DNA from: a virus
Lineage: Duplodnaviria; Caudoviricetes
Virus record (IMG/VR): IMGVR_UViG_3300008259_002957
DNA: 64,000 bases
Direction: 5' to 3' (one strand)
Positions 37,207 through 46,812 of this stretch are shown piece by piece (position 1 is the stretch's first letter; the number at the start of each line of letters is the position of its first letter). The notes beneath the pieces are model-generated. The model was given only the letters and a program-made list of their open reading frames with translations, was not told the origin of the DNA and made no database searches. Both the position numbers and the translations under genes were made by a program.

Positions 37207-38364
37207 ATGCCAAGACTATCTCTTTATAGACCCGAAAAAAGCAATGATTATGAATTCTTAGATAAAGTTATCTTGGAACAATTTTCTATTGGCGGTACTG
37301 ACATTTACTTACACAAGTATTTAGGTCCAAAGAATCCTCAAACAGGCCAAGGTACTGCGGATCAACCAACCTACGATACACTGGATCCTCTTAATATACA
37401 AGACTTGTTATTTTTAGAAAATAGAGATAGAGAATATGACCAAGATATCTATAGAATAAGAGGCATTTATAATTTACAAGACAACGATTTTAATCTAAGT
37501 CAGTTTGGATTGTTTTTAAGTAACGATATTGTTTTTATGACTGTCCACATTAATTCAACTGTTAAGACACTGAGTAGAAAAATTATTTCAGGTGATGTTA
37601 TTGAACTACCACACTTGGCTGACGAATATGCTCTCAACGGGTACGACCTTGCACTTAAACGATTTTATGTTGTTGAAGAAGTCACCCGTGCGTCTGAAGG
37701 TTTTAGTCAAACTTGGTACCCACACTTGTATAGATTAAAGTTAAAACAACTTGTTCCAAGTCAAGAATACCAAGACATACTGGATAAGCCCGCTGGAGAA
37801 AATACAGGTACAACCATTGGTGACTTACTAAGCACCTATAATAAAGAGATTGAAATCAACGATGCTGTTATTGCTCAAGCAGAAGCAGATGCAGGATTGA
37901 GTGGTTACAACACTAGTCATTTCTATACATTACAAGTTGATGAAAACGGAAAAGCAGAATTAGTCACAGCCGATTTAACCAATCTAGATGCTAGTGCTTC
38001 CAGTGAGTTTGCAGATAGAATAAATCAAACTCCGGTAAGAGAAGGATATTCGGGATACTTACTAGGAGACGGTTTTGCTCCCAATGGTGAAGCGTTTGGA
38101 AGCGGCATTACATTTCCTCAGGCGGCAATCAAAGGAGATTACTTCTTAAGAACAGATTTTATGCCTAATAGACTATTTAGATTTGACGGGAGCAGATGGG
38201 TGAAGGTTGAAGACAATGTAAGACATACACTTACAAATAGTGCAATAAGAAGAACTCAAAAAGGTACATTTATTAATAATACAAACACAGATACAATCTG
38301 CGGCGATACCATAGACGAAAGACAAAGCCTAAGTAAGGCATTGAGACCTAGGGCAGATAACTAA
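37207..38364 (+). CDS. gp14: neck protein / head closure (gp14-like)
   Basis: SQFGLF, GDVIELPHL, FYVVEEV, YRLKL pattern; sits between the gp13- and gp15-like genes. Confidence 0.6.
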   Translation: MPRLSLYRPEKSNDYEFLDKVILEQFSIGGTDIYLHKYLGPKNPQTGQGTADQPTYDTLDPLNIQDLLFLENRDREYDQDIYRIRGIYNLQDNDFNLSQFGLFLSNDIVFMTVHINSTVKTLSRKIISGDVIELPHLADEYALNGYDLALKRFYVVEEVTRASEGFSQTWYPHLYRLKLKQLVPSQEYQDILDKPAGENTGTTIGDLLSTYNKEIEINDAVIAQAEADAGLSGYNTSHFYTLQVDENGKAELVTADLTNLDASASSEFADRINQTPVREGYSGYLLGDGFAPNGEAFGSGITFPQAAIKGDYFLRTDFMPNRLFRFDGSRWVKVEDNVRHTLTNSAIRRTQKGTFINNTNTDTICGDTIDERQSLSKALRPRADN

Positions 38365-39869
38365 TGAGTTTACATTTTTACGACGGCCAAATAAGAAGAT
38401 ATATAACACAAATTATTAGACTGTTAAGTAATTTCAGTTATCAACAAAGCGATGGCACACTAAAAAGAGTGCCAGTGTTGTATGGTGATATATCTAAACA
38501 AGTTGCTGCACTAATTCAAGAAAACAGTGAAAATAAAATGCCGTCAATTCCTCGTATGGCTGTATATGTTACCAATCTTGAAATGGACAGAAATAGAACC
38601 AGTGATTCAAGTTTTGTTTCTAAAGTACACATTAGAGAACGTGCATACGACGAAGCAGGAAACGAATATTTAAATACTCAAGGACGTAACTATACAGTTG
38701 AACGTTTAATGCCAACACCATATACGTTAACTGTACAAACAGATATTATTACAAGTAACTTTGACCAAAAACTACAGATTATGGAACAAATACTAATGCT
38801 GTTTAATCCTAGTCTTGAGATTCAAACAACAGATAACTTTGTTGACTGGACTAGTTTAACCACTGTTAATCTAGAAAATATAACATTTTCAAATAGAACT
38901 ATTCCAGTTGGTACTGAATCTACCTATGATGTATTTTCTTTAACTTTTGCAACTCCTATATATATTTCGCCGCCTGCAAAGGTTAAACGTTTGGGTGTTA
39001 TCACAAATATCATTACTAGTATTTTTACAGATTCAGATGGAAATATAGAACTAGGAATCAACGATGGGAATAATCTCGAAGTCGTTGAAACTAGAGAATT
39101 AACTGATGCTGACGGTAATACTGAGAGATTGGTTGACTATGGACAGTTTCCTAATGTTGGTACAGGCGAAATTGATATTAATGTTAAAAGAACTCTTAGA
39201 CCCATCCAAGCAGGTGCATCATCAAGTAATACAACATACCTTAGTTTAGGATTGTATGTTATTAATAATAAAGCATATATTATCGACAAAGGGTCCATCG
39301 GTACATTTAATTGGACTGCACTAGCAGAAGCATATCCGGGTTGTTACAAGCCTGGTATTAGTCAAATTAGATTATTAAAATCCGATGGAACATATATTGT
39401 AGGTTATATAACTGTTAATCCGTTAAATCAAACAGAACTCTTTGTAGACTGGGACGAAGACACCCTTCCGAGCAACACTGTTCTTACAGGCCCAGCAAGA
39501 AACCCAAATAGTTATACAAGTATTGATTATATTATTGATCCACTGCGCTGGAACCCAGAAACACGACTTGTATCAGGACTAAGACTTCTTACACTCGGAA
39601 AAATAGGCAACGATGCAAACGACGACGGTGCAGATGGGTGGAAAGATCAAACCAGTCCGTTTGGTGATTTAGTTGCAGGTGAAAATGACATCATAGAGTA
39701 CGACGGCGAAGAATGGCATATAATTTTTGATGCTAGTACAGCAACTGAAGAAATCTATATTATTAACTTAGCAACAAATTCTCAATACAGATGGACCGGT
39801 GAGTTTTGGACCAAGAGTTACGAGGGTGAGTGGTCACAAGGAGCATGGATGCTGTTCCCCGAAGGCTAA
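38364..39869 (+). CDS. gp15: tail sheath stabiliser/terminator (gp15-like) with C-terminal extension
   Basis: HFYDGQIRRY, KRVPVLYG, PRMAV, PTPY, QIMEQILMLFNP. Confidence 0.75.
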   Translation: MSLHFYDGQIRRYITQIIRLLSNFSYQQSDGTLKRVPVLYGDISKQVAALIQENSENKMPSIPRMAVYVTNLEMDRNRTSDSSFVSKVHIRERAYDEAGNEYLNTQGRNYTVERLMPTPYTLTVQTDIITSNFDQKLQIMEQILMLFNPSLEIQTTDNFVDWTSLTTVNLENITFSNRTIPVGTESTYDVFSLTFATPIYISPPAKVKRLGVITNIITSIFTDSDGNIELGINDGNNLEVVETRELTDADGNTERLVDYGQFPNVGTGEIDINVKRTLRPIQAGASSSNTTYLSLGLYVINNKAYIIDKGSIGTFNWTALAEAYPGCYKPGISQIRLLKSDGTYIVGYITVNPLNQTELFVDWDEDTLPSNTVLTGPARNPNSYTSIDYIIDPLRWNPETRLVSGLRLLTLGKIGNDANDDGADGWKDQTSPFGDLVAGENDIIEYDGEEWHIIFDASTATEEIYIINLATNSQYRWTGEFWTKSYEGEWSQGAWMLFPEG

Positions 39870-39877
39870 TTATTTGT

Positions 39878-40324
39878 ATGAAGAAAATAATTTGCTCCGG
39901 TGCTCTTTTCTATACGCTGACCACTAATCGTTTTTTATTGTTACACAGAACTCAAAGTAAACAAAACAACGTTTGGGGACTGGTTGGTGGCACCAACGAA
40001 ACTACCGAAACTCCTTGGGAAGGATTAAAACGTGAAATCCAAGAAGAAATTGGTATTATACCCGAAATAAAAAAAGCAATACCCTTAGAAACTTTTGTTA
40101 GTAACGATGAGCAATTTTTATTTCATACGTATTTGTGTGTAGTTGACAGTGAATTTATTCCACAATTAAACAGCGAGCATGATGGCTATGCTTGGGTTAG
40201 TTTTGGTAAATGGCCAAAACCTTTACACACAGGCTTGGCCAATACTTTAAGATCAAAAACCAATCAGCAAAAATTAGAAACAGTTTTTAAACTAATAGGC
40301 ATGTTTGATCAAACTGTTCTTTAA
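39878..40324 (+). CDS. Nudix hydrolase
   Basis: WGLVGGTNETTETPWEGLKREIQEEIG Nudix box; LNSEH; start reassigned to MKKII at 39878. Confidence 0.88.
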   Translation: MKKIICSGALFYTLTTNRFLLLHRTQSKQNNVWGLVGGTNETTETPWEGLKREIQEEIGIIPEIKKAIPLETFVSNDEQFLFHTYLCVVDSEFIPQLNSEHDGYAWVSFGKWPKPLHTGLANTLRSKTNQQKLETVFKLIGMFDQTVL

Positions 40325-43300
40325 GCCAGTCAAAGTTGTTGATCATTTTGAGTGCTTCAAGATTGCCTGTATTTGCCAATCCGTAAAGTTTTCCTGCATT
40401 TGCACCTGCAATGCAGTATTCACCAAACGGTTTATCTTGACCTCTGGTACACCAAACGTTTAATCTAAAATCAGTTTCTTCGTCGAGTTGTCCGTTGATA
40501 GACTTACTAGCAAGTTTAACTGTTTCTCTAAAAGCACTGCGCCAAGTGCTAAACGGGTCTGTGTTAAATTTAGTAATGTTGCTAATTCTATTAATACTTT
40601 TAAAGTAAGGTGAAATACTTGTAGTCATGTCCGGCTTTGAGGTATCCATATTTAGAGTTAGTTCTCTTGGTAGTAGTTTTACAGCACCGTAACCGTAAAC
40701 AAGACTGTTTATAGGATTTTGTGCTTTCCATACGTGTACAGTTTTGCGACTGTCTGGATCGTATGCAGGAACATAATAATCAAAATTAAACTTGGGAATA
40801 ATTTCTGCGTCAGCGTCAACGATCCAAATCATATCAGTAGAGCATAATTTTGCTGCCGCAATATGTGCGTTGTGTACACCTTTGACTCCATGCACACGCT
40901 TTGCTCTCGAAAAACGTTCCAACAACTTTGCATAATTTTCGTCTGCATCTTCTTCGTCGTTGCTAATAAACACAATGTCGTAAGGTGCAGGTTCGCTGGC
41001 AATAACATCGTATTGTTTTTTATTAGCAAAGAAACGCATCTTAATTTCTTTTTCTGTAACAAATGTCTTTTTAGAAATCAATGATACACCGTCATAGGCA
41101 GTTCCATTCATGTACACATGATTGATTTCTCTTTCAAATTTTTCATAATGTGGAAAATATAAATCAAAAGCAAAGTCCGATTTTACATTTACTTCTGGAG
41201 GAATCATCCAAAACATGTTTGTTTTAGATTTTTCAACTGCATCGATATAATCTTGATATGTATCAACACTAAACTTTTCATATTGGCGAGGCGTAGATGC
41301 AACAATATCCCAGTCTTTTTTATTAATGTAAAACCTGTTTTCAATTTCTCTTTCAGTTACTGGCGAGTGTTTACTGAACAACACAATTCCGTCACGATGT
41401 TCGCCGTTAAGCATAACATGATTTATTTTTCTATCATATTCATTATCGTGAGTAAAATATAAATCAAAATCAAATGTTAGTTCAACATCATTGGGTATTC
41501 CCCAAAACATTTCTGTAGAGGATTCTTCAAATGCTTTAAAATAATCAACGTAGTTGTTGATTACAAAACAATTGTATTGTTTTTTAGTGCTAGCAACAAT
41601 GTCCCATTCTTTTCTATTAACTATATGTCTATATTCAATTTCTCTTTCGGTAAGAGGAACATGTTTACTGCATAAGAACAGGCCATTGTAGTATTTTACA
41701 TCATCGACTAGATGAACAAACACATGATTTTGTTTACGGTCATATTCGTTATCATGTGTAAAGTAGATGTTGGGTACAGTAGCAGAGATATTTCTACTGC
41801 TCATCCAAAACATTTCTGTAGTAGAATTTTCAAGAGCAAAAAGATAGTCGTTATAAGAATCTATTTCAAATACATCATACTTTACAAGACTACTGCCTAC
41901 AATATTCCATTCTTTACGTTCGGCTGGGAATCTATGTTCTATTTCACGTTCTGTTAATATTTTTTTCTTGCTTAACAATAACAACCCATTATATAGGAGG
42001 TCAGCATCGACTTTATGTTCAAAAGCATGATTCTGGTTTCTATCAACAGTGTCGTGATGAGATATATAAAATGTTTTAATTAGTTCTTGATTAACAGATA
42101 TGTTTTTGCTGCCTGCCCAAAACAGATCTGTAGAGGATTTTTCTAATGCTATAAGATAATCGCTGTAGGATTCGATGTTAAAGTAATCAAAAGATTTAGG
42201 AGTACTAGCAACTATATTCCATTCTTTTTTAGTTATATAAAATCTATAATCGATTTCTTTTTCAGTTAATTCAACGTGTTTACTAAACAACACAATGCCA
42301 TCGTAGGTATCGTTATTTAAAAATACGTGTGTAATATTTCTATCATAAAAATTTTGATGTTCAAAATATAAATCAAAGTCGTAATTGATTTCTACGTCAG
42401 ATGGAATTCCCCAAAACATTTCGGTTGAACTATTTTGTTTTGCATTTAGATAGTCTTGATAATTGTTAATTATAAACTGATTGTATTTCTTTTTTTTACT
42501 GCCTACAATGTCCCATTCTTTGCGTTCAGCAGGAAATCTATGTTCTATTTCACGTTCAGATAATAATTTATTTTTACTTAATAAAAATAAACCATTATAC
42601 AATTTACTGTCAACAACATCATGAACAAACGCATGATTTTGATTTCTATCAACAGAATTGTGATGTGATATGTAAAACGCTTTGATTAATTTTTGATCAG
42701 TATCGATATTTTTACTGCTTGCCCAAAATAAATCTGTAGTAGATTTATTTACAGCATCTAAATATTCATCAAAAGAATCTATCTCAAAGTAGTCAAAAGA
42801 TTTAGGAATACTAGCAATCATATCCCATTCTTTTTTATTTGCATAAAATCTATGACTGAATTCTTTTTCTGTAATTGGAGAATTTTTACTAAACAGTGCA
42901 ATGCCATCGTAATCAGTTCCGTTTAACCAAACGTGATTTATATTTCTATCATACTGATTTTGATGACTAAAGTAAACGTCAAACTTAAAATCTTCACTTA
43001 CAACCACGTCGTCTGGAATAAACCAGAATAGGTCTGTTTTTGAAGTTTGTATTGCATCAAGGTAATCTTGATACGTTTTTAAATAAAATTGATCATACGG
43101 TGCAGGGTTGCTGGCAATAATGTTAAGTTCTTTTTTGTTAGCATAATACCTATACTGCTTTTCTTTTTCTGTAGGCTGATAACTTTTTGGAAAGAGTGCA
43201 ATACCATCTCTAGTTTCTTTGTTGCCATTGCCAAGTACATGAGTGAACTTATGACTCCAGTCGTCTGGAATATATGAAAATTTAAAAAAGTCAGAAACTA

Positions 43301-43826
43301 TAACATCATCAGGAACAATCCAGAACATGTCAGTTGAACTGAGTTTTTGTGCATCGTCTAAGCAATCAACCGCAATAGTATTTGGAAATCTACTTTTTAA
43401 TTTTTTCCATGCTTCGGTATCGGTGTTGCCGCCGAAGAATATATCAAAGTTATCTTTGCCTTGTAATACATCATAGATGCCACAGATAAAGTTTTTTGTA
43501 ATTTTATATTCTGTTTTAATTTTTGTCGGTACAAGTTTTACTTTGTTCCAACTTTTTACTCGCTTGCTAGATTTATATACATATGGAAATAGATAGATTG
43601 CGTCTTCAGTTGGCTTAAACCACCAAGGAAATTCTCTTAGTGTGTTAATGGTTTGATCAACTATCCACACATAATCATGTTCATGTTTGTATTGCTCAAC
43701 AACAGACAAGTCATTGGTATTATCGGTCAGATGTATAGGATATTTGTATAAAATATGATTTTTTAGTACATCTTGACTGTTATAAATTGTTTGGCCAAAA
43801 CGTTGAAATTTATCTATTGCTCTCAT
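40287..43826 (-). CDS. large glycosyltransferase: C-terminal GT-A domain preceded by eight ~100-aa degenerate repeats
   Basis: C-terminal YDIVFIS...AHIAAA...WIVDADA (DxD), GYGAVKLLP; repeats contain S-T-D/E-L/M-F-W. Confidence 0.8.
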   Translation of the reverse strand: MRAIDKFQRFGQTIYNSQDVLKNHILYKYPIHLTDNTNDLSVVEQYKHEHDYVWIVDQTINTLREFPWWFKPTEDAIYLFPYVYKSSKRVKSWNKVKLVPTKIKTEYKITKNFICGIYDVLQGKDNFDIFFGGNTDTEAWKKLKSRFPNTIAVDCLDDAQKLSSTDMFWIVPDDVIVSDFFKFSYIPDDWSHKFTHVLGNGNKETRDGIALFPKSYQPTEKEKQYRYYANKKELNIIASNPAPYDQFYLKTYQDYLDAIQTSKTDLFWFIPDDVVVSEDFKFDVYFSHQNQYDRNINHVWLNGTDYDGIALFSKNSPITEKEFSHRFYANKKEWDMIASIPKSFDYFEIDSFDEYLDAVNKSTTDLFWASSKNIDTDQKLIKAFYISHHNSVDRNQNHAFVHDVVDSKLYNGLFLLSKNKLLSEREIEHRFPAERKEWDIVGSKKKKYNQFIINNYQDYLNAKQNSSTEMFWGIPSDVEINYDFDLYFEHQNFYDRNITHVFLNNDTYDGIVLFSKHVELTEKEIDYRFYITKKEWNIVASTPKSFDYFNIESYSDYLIALEKSSTDLFWAGSKNISVNQELIKTFYISHHDTVDRNQNHAFEHKVDADLLYNGLLLLSKKKILTEREIEHRFPAERKEWNIVGSSLVKYDVFEIDSYNDYLFALENSTTEMFWMSSRNISATVPNIYFTHDNEYDRKQNHVFVHLVDDVKYYNGLFLCSKHVPLTEREIEYRHIVNRKEWDIVASTKKQYNCFVINNYVDYFKAFEESSTEMFWGIPNDVELTFDFDLYFTHDNEYDRKINHVMLNGEHRDGIVLFSKHSPVTEREIENRFYINKKDWDIVASTPRQYEKFSVDTYQDYIDAVEKSKTNMFWMIPPEVNVKSDFAFDLYFPHYEKFEREINHVYMNGTAYDGVSLISKKTFVTEKEIKMRFFANKKQYDVIASEPAPYDIVFISNDEEDADENYAKLLERFSRAKRVHGVKGVHNAHIAAAKLCSTDMIWIVDADAEIIPKFNFDYYVPAYDPDSRKTVHVWKAQNPINSLVYGYGAVKLLPRELTLNMDTSKPDMTTSISPYFKSINRISNITKFNTDPFSTWRSAFRETVKLASKSINGQLDEETDFRLNVWCTRGQDKPFGEYCIAGANAGKLYGLANTGNLEALKMINNFDWLKEQFDQTCLLV
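40990..43455 (-). repeat. eight tandem ~300-nt intragenic repeats (two subtypes); boundaries approximate
   Basis: Recurring STxxFW...YDR.xNH...YD/NG...E(K/R)EI..RF...KKEW.I..S motif counted eight times. Confidence 0.85.
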
Positions 43827-44424
43827 TTGTTTCTTCTATCAAATAGGCTTTGGTTCCGTAGTGTGCAACTTCATTGCTTAAATCTGCATCTACGTAAATT
43901 TCAAATCCAGTATTGTTTGCTTGGCTACAAAAGTAGATATCTTCGCCACTCAAGTCTTTGGTATCTTCGTTCCATATATATTGAAACCACGGCTTTGGTA
44001 GATTTTCAAATACAACTCGAGAGACTAACATACATCCCATTCCAACAGCAAATACTTGATGTAAACCTGTTTTTGCAGCAAGACGTTTATCTAGATTGTT
44101 GTTGTCTAAAAATGCAACACTGCGTTGCGGCTTTATTCTTGTGCTGTACGTTGCTGCACATATTTCTTGATTGTGTTTTTTTAAACGTTCAAAAACAGTT
44201 GCAGGAAAATGCATATCGCTATCTAGCCACAGTATATAGTCTGCTTTTTTTTCTAATGCTGTTTCTGTTAATGTGTTTCGTTGTTGAGGAATTACCGAAC
44301 CTAAATTAAAAATAAGTTCGTAATCTACATTATCTTTTGCTAAACGTGCAGTAAGATTTGCCAGACATTTAGCAAATCCTACCTGCACAGTATCTCTAGC
44401 AGGAACACATATTGCTAGTTTCAT
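43810..44424 (-). CDS. GT2-like glycosyltransferase
   Basis: IPQQRN, ILWLDSDMHFP (DxD), VGMGCMLV, GEDIYFC. Confidence 0.8.
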   Translation of the reverse strand: MKLAICVPARDTVQVGFAKCLANLTARLAKDNVDYELIFNLGSVIPQQRNTLTETALEKKADYILWLDSDMHFPATVFERLKKHNQEICAATYSTRIKPQRSVAFLDNNNLDKRLAAKTGLHQVFAVGMGCMLVSRVVFENLPKPWFQYIWNEDTKDLSGEDIYFCSQANNTGFEIYVDADLSNEVAHYGTKAYLIEETNESNR

Positions 44425-44822
44425 TAGATTAGTTCGTTAGCAACCATGTCCAAGTTTAATTCACGTTCTGCTTCGGCAGTAACGTCATTTAGTTTTCTTG
44501 CTGTGCCTGTGGCAATCTTTACTGCTTCTCTAAAATCATCAATTGGAAGTGCTGACATTTCAAGCATGTGTTCTGGTTGAACTTTGCCAAGAGTTAGCAA
44601 ATCTACTGCGGCTTTTTTACCAATAGCAGTAATCCAATGCAATCTATCATCTGCTTCTGCTCTTGCCATAACAGCACTTTTTTCTTCGCCATCAAGGACT
44701 TCTGTTTCATATAGTTTTAGATCTTCGTCTGCTAGTTCAAGCGAATTAAGTTTAGTAAGTTTTCTAGCCTTGCTGTATTCGTTTGCTAGAACGACATTGA
44801 AAATTTGATATTTTGTGTACAT
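44424..44822 (-). CDS. hypothetical protein (132 aa; start reassigned to MYTKY at 44822)
   Basis: AAGGAG RBS precedes the ATG at 44822; the track extension overlaps the small upstream gene. Confidence 0.75.
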   Translation of the reverse strand: MYTKYQIFNVVLANEYSKARKLTKLNSLELADEDLKLYETEVLDGEEKSAVMARAEADDRLHWITAIGKKAAVDLLTLGKVQPEHMLEMSALPIDDFREAVKIATGTARKLNDVTAEAERELNLDMVANELI

Positions 44823-44832
44823 TATGTGCTCC

Positions 44833-45000
44833 TTAAATTGTACCTTGACCGCCAAAGGTAGCACTCATTGCTATGGTAGTTCCGACACTGATTCCAAGGA
44901 ATGTTCCTAGATTACTCATTGTAATAGGTGTAGTGGATCCTCCGAAATAGTTTCGGATTTCTAACATAGTAATTGTACTGCCTGTTGGAGGTAACGCCAT
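44833..45000 (-). CDS. 55-aa protein MALPPTGSTITMLEIRNYFGG... (missed by the track; tail-fibre-associated type)
   Basis: Translated by hand, ATG 45000 to TAA 44833. The MALPxxG.I.+..I...FGG N-terminus is typical of small genes following S74-type fibres. Confidence 0.75.
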   Translation of the reverse strand: MALPPTGSTITMLEIRNYFGGSTTPITMSNLGTFLGISVGTTIAMSATFGGQGTI

Positions 45001-45014
45001 TTAACTTCTCTGCT

Positions 45015-45048
45015 TATTTAATATTAGCACATTATTTACTTTTGTCAA
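45015..45048 (-). promoter_or_regulatory. sigma70-like promoter (TTGACA-N16-TAATAT, extended TGn) overlapping late motif TTAAATA
   Basis: Minus strand: TTGACA 45048-45043, TAATAT 45026-45021, TTAAATA 45021-45015. Confidence 0.55.
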
Positions 45049-45051
45049 GTA

Positions 45052-45077
45052 GAGTAGCCGGTAAAAACCGGCTACTC
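45052..45077. terminator. strong stem-loop immediately after the tail fibre stop
   Basis: 11-bp stem GAGTAGCCGGT/ACCGGCTACTC, 4-nt loop; no clean U-tract. Confidence 0.6.
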
Positions 45078-45078
45078 A

Positions 45079-46812
45079 TTATTTATCGGCAAGTTTTTGA
45101 ACCATTGCACGTAGTTCATCAATTTGCTTTTGTTGCTCTTTAAACACTTCAATGAACAAGCCGGCCATTGCACCGTAGTTAACAGTCTTAGTGCCGTCTT
45201 CTAGTGTAGTAACAACTTCTGGAACGTATTGTTCTATTTCTTGTGCAACTACACCCATGTAGACTCTGTCTTTGTCTTCAAGGTCTGTTCTAGTATAGTT
45301 TACACCGCGTATGTTCAATACTTTTGTTAACGGATCTGCAATAACAGTAATGTTGTCTTTTATTCTAGCATCAGAATATGCAGTAACTTCGTTTGTTGCA
45401 GTAAACGCACCGGCACCGGTTAGTGTTGCTGCAAGGGTAGTACCACCGTACCATTTGAAGCCAGCACTTCCTGTATCTACAGAATACCACATATTAGATG
45501 CTTCGATACCTATTGCAAAATCTACTGATGCAGCACCCACGTTTGGATACAATACTAACTTAGTACCTGCACTTCGAGTTGTAAATGCAGGTGCAGCAAT
45601 GCCATTGACATTCCAATCAATTCTATTACCAGTTGCTCCGTTTAAGTATATTTGGCCGCCACCTGTTGCTGTGCTATTTGCAAGGGTTGAAATAAGTCGA
45701 CCGGTTAATGTGCCGCCTGCTAAAGGTAACTTTGTGCTATCGGTGCCAACTACGCCAGTCAGCCCACTACCGTCACCTGTGTATGATGTAGCTGCAATAG
45801 TGCCACTGATGTTAATGCTACCTGTGCCGCTTAGTGTGCCGCTAAATGTATCATTTGCATCACTGCGTAAGAAACTACCCGAATCAATTCCATCGACTGT
45901 GTCAGCATCTAGTCCGGAACCCGATCCGTCGTTTGCAGCGTGCCATACAGTGCTGGTGTTAGTACCGTCAAAGAATTGAAGACCGGTTGTGCCAGTTGAG
46001 AAGTCAATACCGCTTGCACTTCCTTCGTTTCTTATACGGAAAGTTCCGCCGTTTACATATTGTATGTAACCTCTACGTGTAGTAGTTTGATACAAGCTAA
46101 TAAACGGACTGCCAGTTGCACCGCTATCACCAAATCGCATTTGTTCGCCGCTTAGACTTGTAGTAATCAATCCAGTGACTGTATCGGTTGCGTCGCTTCT
46201 TACAAAACTTGCACTGTCGATACCGTCTAATGTTGCAGCATCTACGTTGGTTAATCCACTACCGTTACCAGTAAATATATCTGTACCAATATTAATACTA
46301 CCAAATCCGCTGGTAATTTGACCTGCGTCTAGAGCACCAGTTCCTGTGATGCCAGTATAACTACCAGTCATTCTAGCACTGGGTACAGTACCACTGGACA
46401 AGTTACTAGCATCAAGAGTAGTTAATCCACTGCCGTTACCGTTTAGTGTACCACCGACGTGTAGGTTACCGCCAACACCGACACCACCAGTGATAACAAC
46501 AGCACCACTAGTTGTATTAGTTGACACAGTGCTGTTTGTAAATGTTGATGGTCCATCAACATTTAAGTTACCATCAACATCAACATCGTCAGTAAATCTT
46601 ACTACTGAAGTTGCAGCACCAATTACCACACTAGATGCACCGCCTGCAAAGTTTACAGTTGTTGCGTTAGCATTTACTAAGTTAAATGTTGTAGCAGTTG
46701 TGGTTATATCACCACCGTTAACTGCTAAATCAAGTGTAGTGGTTAAGTTATTTCTAACAGTTGTGGTATGCTGTTGCTGCACCAAATGTGTTAACAGTTG
46801 TGGCTGTTGCAT
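45079..46812 (-). CDS. tail fibre C-terminal part with peptidase S74 intramolecular chaperone (probable continuation of the upstream ORF)
   Basis: YSDARIKDNI...GVVAQE...VNY..MAGLFIE..KEQQKQIDEL; LDGIDS/VDGIDS repeats; the first ~15 aa are out-of-character off-frame sequence. Confidence 0.85.
   Translation of the reverse strand: MQQPQLLTHLVQQQHTTTVRNNLTTTLDLAVNGGDITTTATTFNLVNANATTVNFAGGASSVVIGAATSVVRFTDDVDVDGNLNVDGPSTFTNSTVSTNTTSGAVVITGGVGVGGNLHVGGTLNGNGSGLTTLDASNLSSGTVPSARMTGSYTGITGTGALDAGQITSGFGSINIGTDIFTGNGSGLTNVDAATLDGIDSASFVRSDATDTVTGLITTSLSGEQMRFGDSGATGSPFISLYQTTTRRGYIQYVNGGTFRIRNEGSASGIDFSTGTTGLQFFDGTNTSTVWHAANDGSGSGLDADTVDGIDSGSFLRSDANDTFSGTLSGTGSINISGTIAATSYTGDGSGLTGVVGTDSTKLPLAGGTLTGRLISTLANSTATGGGQIYLNGATGNRIDWNVNGIAAPAFTTRSAGTKLVLYPNVGAASVDFAIGIEASNMWYSVDTGSAGFKWYGGTTLAATLTGAGAFTATNEVTAYSDARIKDNITVIADPLTKVLNIRGVNYTRTDLEDKDRVYMGVVAQEIEQYVPEVVTTLEDGTKTVNYGAMAGLFIEVFKEQQKQIDELRAMVQKLADK

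Noticed and set aside
46760-46775. Programmed ribosomal frameshift at the fibre break
   Set aside because: There is no slippery run or stimulatory hairpin at GCA-T-ACC, and the repeat register shows missing residues, which fits a deletion or misassembly better.
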